A stretch of 32,000 nucleotides of DNA from Candidatus Fokinia solitaria (lineage in GTDB: Bacteria > Pseudomonadota > Alphaproteobacteria > Rickettsiales > Midichloriaceae): contig NZ_CP025989.1 in assembly GCF_003072485.1 (NCBI RefSeq), positions 480,001 through 512,000 of the forward strand, in the 5' to 3' direction. Positions 8,084 through 15,902 of the stretch are shown here, in pieces. The notes below the pieces were generated by a model. It did no database searches. It was not told the DNA's origin and saw only the letters and a list, made by a program, of their open reading frames with translations. Each line of letters opens with the position of its first letter. Positions within the stretch are counted from its first letter, which is position 1. The translations under genes and the position numbers were made by a program.

Positions 8084-9862
8084 ATGTATATCATCTTTTC
8101 TCGAGTATTTCGCGTTCTGCCACATCTTTTAGCATTATTGTTCGGAGTTTTAATAACTTCTTATGTTTATGCATCGATAGATAATGATATCGACGTGTCA
8201 TTTGAGAAAAAAGATGACTATATAGAGATTTCCTTTGATTCGAGTTTGCAATCCATTGCGCTATTTTCTCATCATAAAAGCGGTATCGGAAAAAATTTCG
8301 AGATTACTCTAGATAAAAGTAAAAGCTATAACGTAGATGCGATAGAAGTAACATGGCCTACTCCTCAGCATTCAACAAAACACATAAACGACATCGTCAT
8401 TCCATACTCATACTACACACTTCCGCTAAAAATCAAAATCAAATGTCATAAACTCAATCATTCAATATATGAATATGATACAGCTCTTGAATTGCGGTAC
8501 TCGTTTTGCACAAATGACATATGTAAAATAGAAAAACACGCAATCGTTATAGAACATCGAAGAAATGCTGATTTAATTACAGTAATATTCATATGCATTG
8601 GTGCTTTTATAAGCGGGCTCTTACTCAATTGCATGCCATGCGTACTACCAGTAATTTCAATCAAGATATCATCTCTCTTTAAGTATTCATCATACAGCAA
8701 AAAAGCACTTGCGCTTCATATAACAGCAATATCATGCGGAGTACTAACGGTATTTGCAAGCATCGGTATAATGACAATATTTCTAAAGTATTGCGGACTT
8801 TCTTTTGGATGGGGGATGCATTTTCAATCTCCAATATTCGTAATATTTCTCGCTCTGATAATGATGTACTTCGCAAATAAATCTCTTAATCAGAATAGCT
8901 ATATTATGATACCACCATTCATCAATAGCATAGTTAATAAATTCTCCGCTTTGAAAAATGAGTATTTCTTAAGTTTTTCATTCGGCCTAAGTACCACATT
9001 ATTGGCAATTCCCTGCGCAGGACCGCTTCTTGCTCCAGCCATAGCATTCTCTATGAGTCAAGGATATATCTTTATAATAGCAATTCACGTAATCGTCGGC
9101 TTAGGAGTAGCTTCTCCATACGTTATACTGCTGTGCTTCTCGAGACTCGTGAAGTTCATACCTAGAAGCAGTATTGTATCGGAAGGTATAATTCTGTTTT
9201 TGACACTTCCTATTATAATAACTTACTGTTGGTTACTCTACATATTAGCGCGGCAAGTAAGCTATATATCGTACTCGATTATAATGTGCTCGATGTTGCT
9301 GCTACAAATATCACTTGCGAGAAAAACAATATATAAAATAGCAAGGATAATAAAAATCAAATACACGCAATATCAGAAACAGGAAAAATATAAGATACTG
9401 TACTACGCCATCTGGGTCACGCTACCAGTATCACGAGGTTGGCTTCATGTATCACACTCAATTATGAAGGGGATAATGTTGATATTACCCCTAGCATGCG
9501 TGCTTCATTGCGCAATTAGTAATCATATAATAATTGGTCTCAGTAAAAACGATATAGAATTACAAATACAGGAAAAGCAGCAAAACTATCAATCCATACT
9601 TGTGAATGTCACAGCAGATTGGTGTATTACCTGTAAAATCAACAAAATAGCAATCGATGAATTTATGAAGAAATACAGTAGTACTATAGGATTGGTAGAA
9701 CTGGATTATACGAATAAATCAGAAGGAATTTCGCACTACTTAGCAGAACATCATAGTAATGGTATACCATTGACTGTACTATATAGAAAAAACGGAACAA
9801 AGCTAATACTACCAACTATCATTACGGATAAAATTTTATTAAAAATTATAAAGGAAAATTGA
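8084..9862 (+). CDS. dsbD: thiol:disulfide interchange protein DsbD (three-domain, full length)
   Basis: Signal peptide ending ...SYVYA|SI. N-terminal periplasmic domain with the Cys pair FCTNDIC. CcdA/DsbD membrane core with NCMPCVLPV and AIPCAGPLL. C-terminal thioredoxin fold with WCITCK. ATG 8084 is preferred; the longest ORF starts at TTG 8075. Confidence 0.85.
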   Translation: MYIIFSRVFRVLPHLLALLFGVLITSYVYASIDNDIDVSFEKKDDYIEISFDSSLQSIALFSHHKSGIGKNFEITLDKSKSYNVDAIEVTWPTPQHSTKHINDIVIPYSYYTLPLKIKIKCHKLNHSIYEYDTALELRYSFCTNDICKIEKHAIVIEHRRNADLITVIFICIGAFISGLLLNCMPCVLPVISIKISSLFKYSSYSKKALALHITAISCGVLTVFASIGIMTIFLKYCGLSFGWGMHFQSPIFVIFLALIMMYFANKSLNQNSYIMIPPFINSIVNKFSALKNEYFLSFSFGLSTTLLAIPCAGPLLAPAIAFSMSQGYIFIIAIHVIVGLGVASPYVILLCFSRLVKFIPRSSIVSEGIILFLTLPIIITYCWLLYILARQVSYISYSIIMCSMLLLQISLARKTIYKIARIIKIKYTQYQKQEKYKILYYAIWVTLPVSRGWLHVSHSIMKGIMLILPLACVLHCAISNHIIIGLSKNDIELQIQEKQQNYQSILVNVTADWCITCKINKIAIDEFMKKYSSTIGLVELDYTNKSEGISHYLAEHHSNGIPLTVLYRKNGTKLILPTIITDKILLKIIKEN

Positions 9863-9914
9863 TTTCGGGTGAAAAATCGCTTACAATCCATAAAAGGAAT
9901 TGCAAGAATGAAAG

Positions 9915-12900
9915 ATGAGAAACAGTATAGGAAATGAAACTTTTCAAGCAGCCTTGGAACAAGCGATAGGCAACAACAAAGGATACATTGAAGCTGATGA
10001 GCTCTTAAAGGCAATAGAGCAATATAATAGTAAAAAACAAATAACAGTAAACGTAAATAAGGATTTCCATACTGTTATTGACGCACTCCATGCACAAAAT
10101 AGTGGAAATTATATAAGAGTAGAAGATGTGACTAATCTACTTGAGGGGCGAAAAATAGAAAAGCCAACAACACTTACTCAGGATGAGCTAACGCAAATGC
10201 TGCAATTAAATGAAGGTTTATTGAAAAATCTAGAAGAAATAGAAAAGGAAAATAAAACTCATCTAGAGACTATTACGCAATTAGAGAGTGCAAACAGTGA
10301 TTTAACTACAAAAATACAATTTCAAGAGCGAAAGGATGATCTCGCTGCTAAAGCGCTAAACGACATAGGAGACTTTGCATCTCGGCTCAATGAAAAGCTT
10401 CTAATACAACATAGTAACAAAGCAACGCTTTCCGAGCAATTGCAAACTGCTTTCAACAAGTTAGAAAATTCACATCAACAAGAAAAGAACCTAGCTGAGG
10501 CACTTCTTAAGAAGAAAGAAGATGAATTTCAAAACAAAATCAAAGCTCTTGAAGGGAAAATATCAGATCAAGAGACATTATTGAGCTTCACTAAAAGAAA
10601 TAATGAAACAGCAAAAACGCAAGAGAAGAGTACGCCTCCTACACGGCAATTTCAGAAAAACCTAGAAACAACGCCAAATCAAATACTTATAAAAAAAATC
10701 ACAGAAAGCAAAGCAGAAATCGAACGATTACAGAAAGAACTTGATGATGCTAAGAATGCAATGCAAAGCTTAAAGAGAAATTCTCATTTACAAATTTCGA
10801 CTTCAGATAAAGGAGTCAGTACCGAACTTTTTCAACATAACCTTGAACTTAAACAAGAAAAGGATAAAAGAATACTAGAAAATCAAAATCTCAATCGGCA
10901 ATTGACAACCATTGAACAAATCAATGCTAAACTAAAAGAAGAAAATGCTAAACTCCAACAGGACAAGCAAAACGCTGAACAAAACGCATTGCTTCAATTA
11001 GCAAAGGAACAGACAAAAGATCTAGAATCTAAGAAGGCATTTTTAGATGACAAACAAAATATTCGGCAAATAAAGGATAATCTTAATCAACTGCAACATG
11101 ATATCACCAAATTACAAGATGGCGATGCTAAAACAGAAAAAGAACAACTGCAAAAGCAATTTTCCGCTATTCGCACGCAACTTCTTACTGAACCTAAACA
11201 AGCAGAAGTAAGTGACAAAAAACTAGAAGTAAGTGACAAAGGACTGAAAGAGACTTTAGAAAAATCTAAGAAAAAACTCGCTACTGCTATAGAAAACTTC
11301 TTCACGGCTTACATTGCATTAGACTCAGATCAAAAACTAAAACTAGAGACGCAAGACGCGACGACTCATACTCAGCTAGACCAAGCTAAAAACCTAGAAT
11401 TAGTAACGCAAACCATAAAAATGCAGCTAACACAACTCCTCAGCAGTAAACAGAACTTGAGCATTGCCCGACAGAAACTACAAAAAGCACAGCATGAATT
11501 CTCCACTGCTAAAGACGCTATAGAACAATCAAATATTACACAACAAAAGCAGAAAATCACAAACTCTGAGATGCTACCTAACGCCACTCAACAGAATACT
11601 ACACAAGAGAATCAAGTAATAGAAAGTATTACACTGCTAGAACAGAAATGCACACAATCTGAGCAGCATACTACAGCACTCATTCAACTAGCAGAGGCCG
11701 TTACTACACTAGAAAAAGATGTTATTTCACTAGAAAAGAAAAAAGCAGCACTACAAGAGACCTTCTCTAAGGCTGAACAAGATTTCTCTGAAGCTAAGGC
11801 ACGACTAGAAGAAGCTAACAAAGCACATCTACAAATAGATGGGCAAAGAATACGACAGGATCTCGAAAGAAGAAAAGAGAAAATGAAAAATAAATCTATA
11901 ACATTGGAACAGCAACAAGTAGAAGAAAAGACAAAGAAGGAACTAGCAGAATCTGAAGAGAATGTTAAAAATGCACAAAATGAATTTCTCAAAGCTAAAA
12001 AACAACTTGATCTTGCGCAACAAGATACGAAAGAGGTAAAAATACAAGAAAGGAAATACGCAGAATCTCTACAAAAGCTCTCTACTAAAAAAAATCAATT
12101 AGAACTCTCCATTGCTAAAAATCAGCTTTCCATCGCTCAAGCACAAGCTAAAGAATCTCTACAAGAGACAATCAAAAATTATGAAGAGAAACTAGAAATC
12201 GCTAATAAAGAGACGAAAACACTACAACAGAATGCACAACAACTAAATCAGCAAATCCTAAACTATCAAAACCAACTCCAAGAATCTCAAAATAAAACCT
12301 CTGTACTACAAAAGGAAAGTCAAGAATATAAAGACAAACTAGAAATCGCTAATCAGCAACTCACAGAATCTGCTCAGAACCTAGCAAACGCTAATCAGCA
12401 AACCTCTGAACTACAAAACCAAATCAACTCCGCTGAACTACAAATCAAAGAATCTGCTCAGAACCTAGCAAACGCTAATCAGCAAACCGATGAACTACAA
12501 AAACAACTCAAAGAATCTGATAACAAGAAAAAACAACTAGAACAGCAAACCGATGAACTACAAAAGGAAATCCAAGAATCTCAAAACAAACTCAAAGAAT
12601 CTGCTCAAAAACTAGAAATTGCTAATCAGCAAACCTCTGTACTACAAAACAAACTCAAAGATTATGAAGACAAACTAGAAATCGCTAATAAAGAGAAACT
12701 AAAAGTAGAAGAGAAGGCACAACAACTACAAATCCAAATCCAAGAATCTCAAAACAAACTCACCTCCGCTAATCAGCAAATCAAAGATTATAATGACAAA
12801 CTAGAAATCGCTAATAAAGAGAAACTACAACTACAAAAGGAAATCCAAGAATCTCAAAACAAACTCAAAGAATCTGATAACAAGACAAAACAACTAGAAC

Positions 12901-13415
12901 TAGATAAACAACAACTAGAACAGCAAACCGATGAACTACAAAAACAACTCAAAGAATCTGATAACAAGAAAAAACAACTAGAACAGCAAACCGATGAACT
13001 ACAAAAGGAAATCCAAGAATATAAAAAACAAATCCAAAACTATCAAAACAAACTCCAAGAATCTGATAACAAGACAAAACAACTAGAGCGAGATAACCAA
13101 AAACTACAACAGAATACGAAACAACTACAAAAGAATCTCATAAAATCTCAAAAACAGCGTAAAGCTTCTCTTGAAAAAATCGACAATTCTTTGCAGAACA
13201 GACTACGTCTAATGATAGAGCAGCTACAATCATTGACATCTAGTTTAGAAGAAGCAGAACGGAAAAAAAAGACAGGAAAGAGCGGCTTACCTCTTCGTAA
13301 AGTAAACAATATTCTGCAGAGTATGCAGCAAGATCCCTCTAGAATAGCAGCGCAAAGCGGCATTTTACAATCGACTCAGAAGGAGCGGCAGCCTTCTTCT
13401 CTACACAAGCAATAA
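9915..13415 (+). CDS. hypothetical 1,166-aa coiled-coil repeat protein (Q/K/E/N/L-rich); no recognisable catalytic domain
   Basis: Uninterrupted 3.5-kb ORF. The translation is almost entirely heptad-like low-complexity helix, with one Cys and no Trp. No signal peptide, no TM segment, no Walker motifs, and no beta-barrel or aromatic C-terminus. It has a short non-coiled N-terminal module and a basic non-coiled C-terminal tail. In-frame DNA repeats preserve the reading frame, which argues it is truly coding. Confidence 0.8.
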   Translation: MRNSIGNETFQAALEQAIGNNKGYIEADELLKAIEQYNSKKQITVNVNKDFHTVIDALHAQNSGNYIRVEDVTNLLEGRKIEKPTTLTQDELTQMLQLNEGLLKNLEEIEKENKTHLETITQLESANSDLTTKIQFQERKDDLAAKALNDIGDFASRLNEKLLIQHSNKATLSEQLQTAFNKLENSHQQEKNLAEALLKKKEDEFQNKIKALEGKISDQETLLSFTKRNNETAKTQEKSTPPTRQFQKNLETTPNQILIKKITESKAEIERLQKELDDAKNAMQSLKRNSHLQISTSDKGVSTELFQHNLELKQEKDKRILENQNLNRQLTTIEQINAKLKEENAKLQQDKQNAEQNALLQLAKEQTKDLESKKAFLDDKQNIRQIKDNLNQLQHDITKLQDGDAKTEKEQLQKQFSAIRTQLLTEPKQAEVSDKKLEVSDKGLKETLEKSKKKLATAIENFFTAYIALDSDQKLKLETQDATTHTQLDQAKNLELVTQTIKMQLTQLLSSKQNLSIARQKLQKAQHEFSTAKDAIEQSNITQQKQKITNSEMLPNATQQNTTQENQVIESITLLEQKCTQSEQHTTALIQLAEAVTTLEKDVISLEKKKAALQETFSKAEQDFSEAKARLEEANKAHLQIDGQRIRQDLERRKEKMKNKSITLEQQQVEEKTKKELAESEENVKNAQNEFLKAKKQLDLAQQDTKEVKIQERKYAESLQKLSTKKNQLELSIAKNQLSIAQAQAKESLQETIKNYEEKLEIANKETKTLQQNAQQLNQQILNYQNQLQESQNKTSVLQKESQEYKDKLEIANQQLTESAQNLANANQQTSELQNQINSAELQIKESAQNLANANQQTDELQKQLKESDNKKKQLEQQTDELQKEIQESQNKLKESAQKLEIANQQTSVLQNKLKDYEDKLEIANKEKLKVEEKAQQLQIQIQESQNKLTSANQQIKDYNDKLEIANKEKLQLQKEIQESQNKLKESDNKTKQLELDKQQLEQQTDELQKQLKESDNKKKQLEQQTDELQKEIQEYKKQIQNYQNKLQESDNKTKQLERDNQKLQQNTKQLQKNLIKSQKQRKASLEKIDNSLQNRLRLMIEQLQSLTSSLEEAERKKKTGKSGLPLRKVNNILQSMQQDPSRIAAQSGILQSTQKERQPSSLHKQ
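12365..12488 (+). repeat. perfect 40-bp direct repeat pair (12365-12404 and 12449-12488)
   Basis: agaatctgctcagaacctagcaaacgctaatcagcaaacc occurs twice, checked base by base. The offset is 84 bp, which is 28 codons. Confidence 0.95.
12480..12579 (+). repeat. perfect 100-bp direct repeat, copy A
   Basis: cagcaaaccgatgaactacaaaaacaactcaaagaatctgataacaagaaaaaacaactagaacagcaaaccgatgaactacaaaaggaaatccaagaat is identical to 12921-13020, compared base by base. It contains an internal 23-bp duplication (cagcaaaccgatgaactacaaaa). Confidence 0.95.
12921..13020 (+). repeat. perfect 100-bp direct repeat, copy B
   Basis: Identical to 12480-12579. The offset is 441 bp, which is 147 codons and therefore in frame. 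Encodes QQTDELQKQLKESDNKKKQLEQQTDELQKEIQE. Confidence 0.95.
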
Positions 13416-13421
13416 AATCTT

Positions 13422-14222
13422 TCAAATCTCTCTAAAAAACTTATTACGCATATCATTTCTATCAAACAATGCGAAAAAATTATCTGTAGTAATTTTACCT
13501 ATTTCTTCTATCGTCACTCCGCGCAAAATAGCAATTTTTTTCGCTATCTCTACAACATTTCGTGGAAAATTCGTTTTACCACGATAAGGTACTGGAGCGA
13601 GATACGGAGAATCTGTCTCAATAAGCACTTTATCCATAGGTATTTTAGAAGCGCATTCTCGTATTATGTCGGCACCGTTAAAGGTGATAATTCCTGAAAA
13701 TGATATATAAAATCCTAAGTCAATATACGATACAGCCATATCATATGTGCCAGTAAAACAATGAATCACTCCTCTTACTCGTCCCTTAAACTTTTGAAGC
13801 GTTCTCAACATCTCATCATGAGCATCTCTCTGATGTATGACAACTGGTAAATTGCGCATCGTAGATACTTCTAACTGATACTCGAACGCTTCTATCTGTC
13901 TTACTTTATTGACATTCGGCAAATGAAAATCCAATCCTATTTCTCCTATACCTATCATTTTATGATGAGATACATACTCTTCGAAAGAGCATGTCGTTAT
14001 ATCACTATCATCAACATTTAGAGGATGAACTCCTACCGTATAGAATACGCAGTCATTCGCTAGTGCAACGCTATGCAGCTCTTTCCACTCACTTCTTTTA
14101 GTAGAAATTGTATTCAAAAGAAACACTCCAGCACGATTAGCCTCTTCTATTATAGATGCGCGATCTGCAAGCGCATTAAGATTTAGATGACAATGAGAAT
14201 CAACGAACACACGCGGATACAT
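13422..14222 (-). CDS. tatD: TatD-family metal-dependent hydrolase/DNase
   Basis: Canonical TatD motifs VDSHCHLN, GEIGLDF, VVIHQRDA, HCFTG and ETDSPYLAP. Confidence 0.9.
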   Translation of the reverse strand: MYPRVFVDSHCHLNLNALADRASIIEEANRAGVFLLNTISTKRSEWKELHSVALANDCVFYTVGVHPLNVDDSDITTCSFEEYVSHHKMIGIGEIGLDFHLPNVNKVRQIEAFEYQLEVSTMRNLPVVIHQRDAHDEMLRTLQKFKGRVRGVIHCFTGTYDMAVSYIDLGFYISFSGIITFNGADIIRECASKIPMDKVLIETDSPYLAPVPYRGKTNFPRNVVEIAKKIAILRGVTIEEIGKITTDNFFALFDRNDMRNKFFREI

Positions 14223-14235
14223 GATTCACCGATTA

Positions 14236-14676
14236 TTAATCCTCTACACGTAATCCCATTGATCTTGCCGTACCTTCGACTACTTTCATTGCAGCTTCTA
14301 AATTATCTACGCCTATATCTTCCATCTTTATAGTAGCAACTCTCTGTACTGCTTCTCTCGTAATCTTGATGAATTCATCACGTCCAGGAGATTTTGCACC
14401 ACTTTCAAGCTTCGCTTCTTCTTTGAGTAAGAAAGACACCGGAGGCTGTTTTATTTCAAATTTGAAGGAGCGATCAGAATAAGCTTGAATCATCACAGGT
14501 ATAGGAGTTCCCTTTTTCATACCTGAAGTTCTATCATTGAACTCCTTACAAAAGGCAGCTATGTTAAGCCCTTTTTGACCAAGTGCAGGACCTATAGGAG
14601 GAGAAGGAGTAGCTGCTGCCGCAGGCACCACCAACTTTATCGTCCCTACTAACACCACATTTTTACTACCTTTCAT
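14236..14676 (-). CDS. rplK: 50S ribosomal protein L11
   Basis: IKLVVPAAAATPSPPIGPALGQKGLNIAAFCKEFN carries the L11 signature PPxGPALGQ. Length is 146 aa and the C-terminal RNA-binding domain ends GTARSMG. Confidence 0.95.
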   Translation of the reverse strand: MKGSKNVVLVGTIKLVVPAAAATPSPPIGPALGQKGLNIAAFCKEFNDRTSGMKKGTPIPVMIQAYSDRSFKFEIKQPPVSFLLKEEAKLESGAKSPGRDEFIKITREAVQRVATIKMEDIGVDNLEAAMKVVEGTARSMGLRVED

Positions 14677-14710
14677 ATCAAGATAAGATAACTATTAACA
14701 AAAAGACGTA

Positions 14711-15073
14711 TTACTTACGTAGATAATTATTTTCAGCTCTGATACGTGCTGCTTTTCCTCTCAAATTTCTGAGATAGTACAACTTCGCACGTCTCACACG
14801 CCCTACTCTCACTACCTCTATCTTTGTTACTATCGGAGAGTGAAGTAAAAACACTCTCTCAATTCCTTCATCATCTACCACTTTTCTCACTCTAAAAGTT
14901 GATGAAAAACCATTATTATGACGTGCTATACAAATGCCTTGAACTATCTGTATACGCTCATTATTACCATCTTTAATTCTAACGTGCACCTTCAATGTGT
15001 CACCGCTTTTGAAACTAGGATGTTGTTCTGATGCTGCTTTCTTTTTTTCAACATAACTCTCAAGCAAGTTCAT
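14711..15073 (-). CDS. rplS: 50S ribosomal protein L19
   Basis: [45 protein letters not shown] and [18 protein letters not shown] are typical of L19. Confidence 0.95.
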   Translation of the reverse strand: MNLLESYVEKKKAASEQHPSFKSGDTLKVHVRIKDGNNERIQIVQGICIARHNNGFSSTFRVRKVVDDEGIERVFLLHSPIVTKIEVVRVGRVRRAKLYYLRNLRGKAARIRAENNYLRK

Positions 15074-15158
15074 AGCGGTAATATATGATCACAAGATAGC
15101 GTGAGTATAATGAAAGCTATTACCAAAGTAAATCTCAATTATTAAACTGATCTATGAC

Positions 15159-15848
15159 TTACATGAATTCATATCTCATAATCAAAAAGTTGAATACGCT
15201 CTCTCCACGCAATACTGCGCTTGCATCAGGCATTTGAAACTCGATATGCACTCTTGAATTTTGAACATTCTGAACATTTCCAAGTACATCTTTCTCATAA
15301 GATGCAAATTCAATAATACAGCCGGACGGTACATCGTTATACGGCAAAAACATCACTTGTGTAATGTTAATTGTTCTACTCTTTGAATTGCCATAAAGTA
15401 ATATCGGACTATCTGAATTCTCACTTGGCTCAATAGTACTTCTATAATCATCAGCCACCATCTCTGATGACATGGCAAGTATTTTTTGAATCACGTTCTC
15501 TCTCGATTTCTCATTTATTAAAAGTGGAGTATACGTTTCTCTCAGCACTACATAGTACTGTAACATATACTCAGCGATAGAGGCGTTAACGTCGTACTGT
15601 ACATTTAATGGTCTTACTTTTTTCACAGTAATACCCGCATTTTCATTGTATAGTACAAATGATCGCTTTTTAACCTGCGCTCCATTCAAGTATGTAGAGA
15701 AATTTAATATAAGTGTAATAGTAGCGAGAATCAGCACTATTAAGAGGAATACAAAATCTCTATAATGCGATAGATATTTTGTAAAATACCAGCATCGCAC
15801 ATCGTCAAAATATTGTTGTAGATCCATTTTATCTGTACTGTTATTCAT
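15159..15848 (-). CDS. divergent VirB8-like type IV secretion component (bitopic membrane protein)
   Basis: Architecture: cytoplasmic N-terminus with YFDDVRCW, one TM segment (FVFLLIVLILATITLIL), then a periplasmic domain of about 180 aa. Matches to VirB8/RvhB8 blocks recalled from memory: EYMLQYYVVLRETY vs KYFLxxYVxxREGY; AMSSEMVADDY vs MSSxxVAxxY; terminal FNFLIMRYEF vs NPLGFxVxSYR. The longest ORF starts at TTG 15875. ATG at 15848 or 15827 is more plausible given the folE start at 15903. Confidence 0.6.
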   Translation of the reverse strand: MNNSTDKMDLQQYFDDVRCWYFTKYLSHYRDFVFLLIVLILATITLILNFSTYLNGAQVKKRSFVLYNENAGITVKKVRPLNVQYDVNASIAEYMLQYYVVLRETYTPLLINEKSRENVIQKILAMSSEMVADDYRSTIEPSENSDSPILLYGNSKSRTINITQVMFLPYNDVPSGCIIEFASYEKDVLGNVQNVQNSRVHIEFQMPDASAVLRGESVFNFLIMRYEFM

Positions 15849-15902
15849 GACGATAAGTATACGTACATAATCCAAGATTAATTAGAATTTACGCAAATAG
15901 AA

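Larger units (their letters stand above)
12100..13140 (+). repeat. mosaic of imperfect, interleaved in-frame direct repeats inside the coiled-coil gene
   Basis: Recurrent peptide modules: DKLEIANKE/QQ, ESAQNLANANQQT[SD]ELQ, QESQNKLKES, ESDNK[KT]KQLE and QQTDELQK[QE]. DNA-level copies include 12655-12701 vs 12781-12827 (offset 126 bp, 3 mismatches) and 12868-12898 vs 13057-13087 (31 bp identical, offset 189 bp). Confidence 0.9.

Noticed and set aside
12100-13140. Possible CRISPR array or non-coding tandem repeat
   Set aside because: The repeats are irregular in unit length and spacing, lie entirely within one open reading frame, and all have offsets divisible by 3. No cas genes are present. 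They are coding repeats.
11087-13363. Minus-strand ORFs of 71-102 aa (11087-11305, 11372-11587, 11684-11992, 13148-13363) inside the coiled-coil gene
   Set aside because: Their Cys/Ser/Phe-rich translations are the mirror image of the A-rich CAA/AAA/GAA codons on the plus strand. They are the expected stop-free artefacts of antisense low-complexity sequence. None has a recognisable motif.
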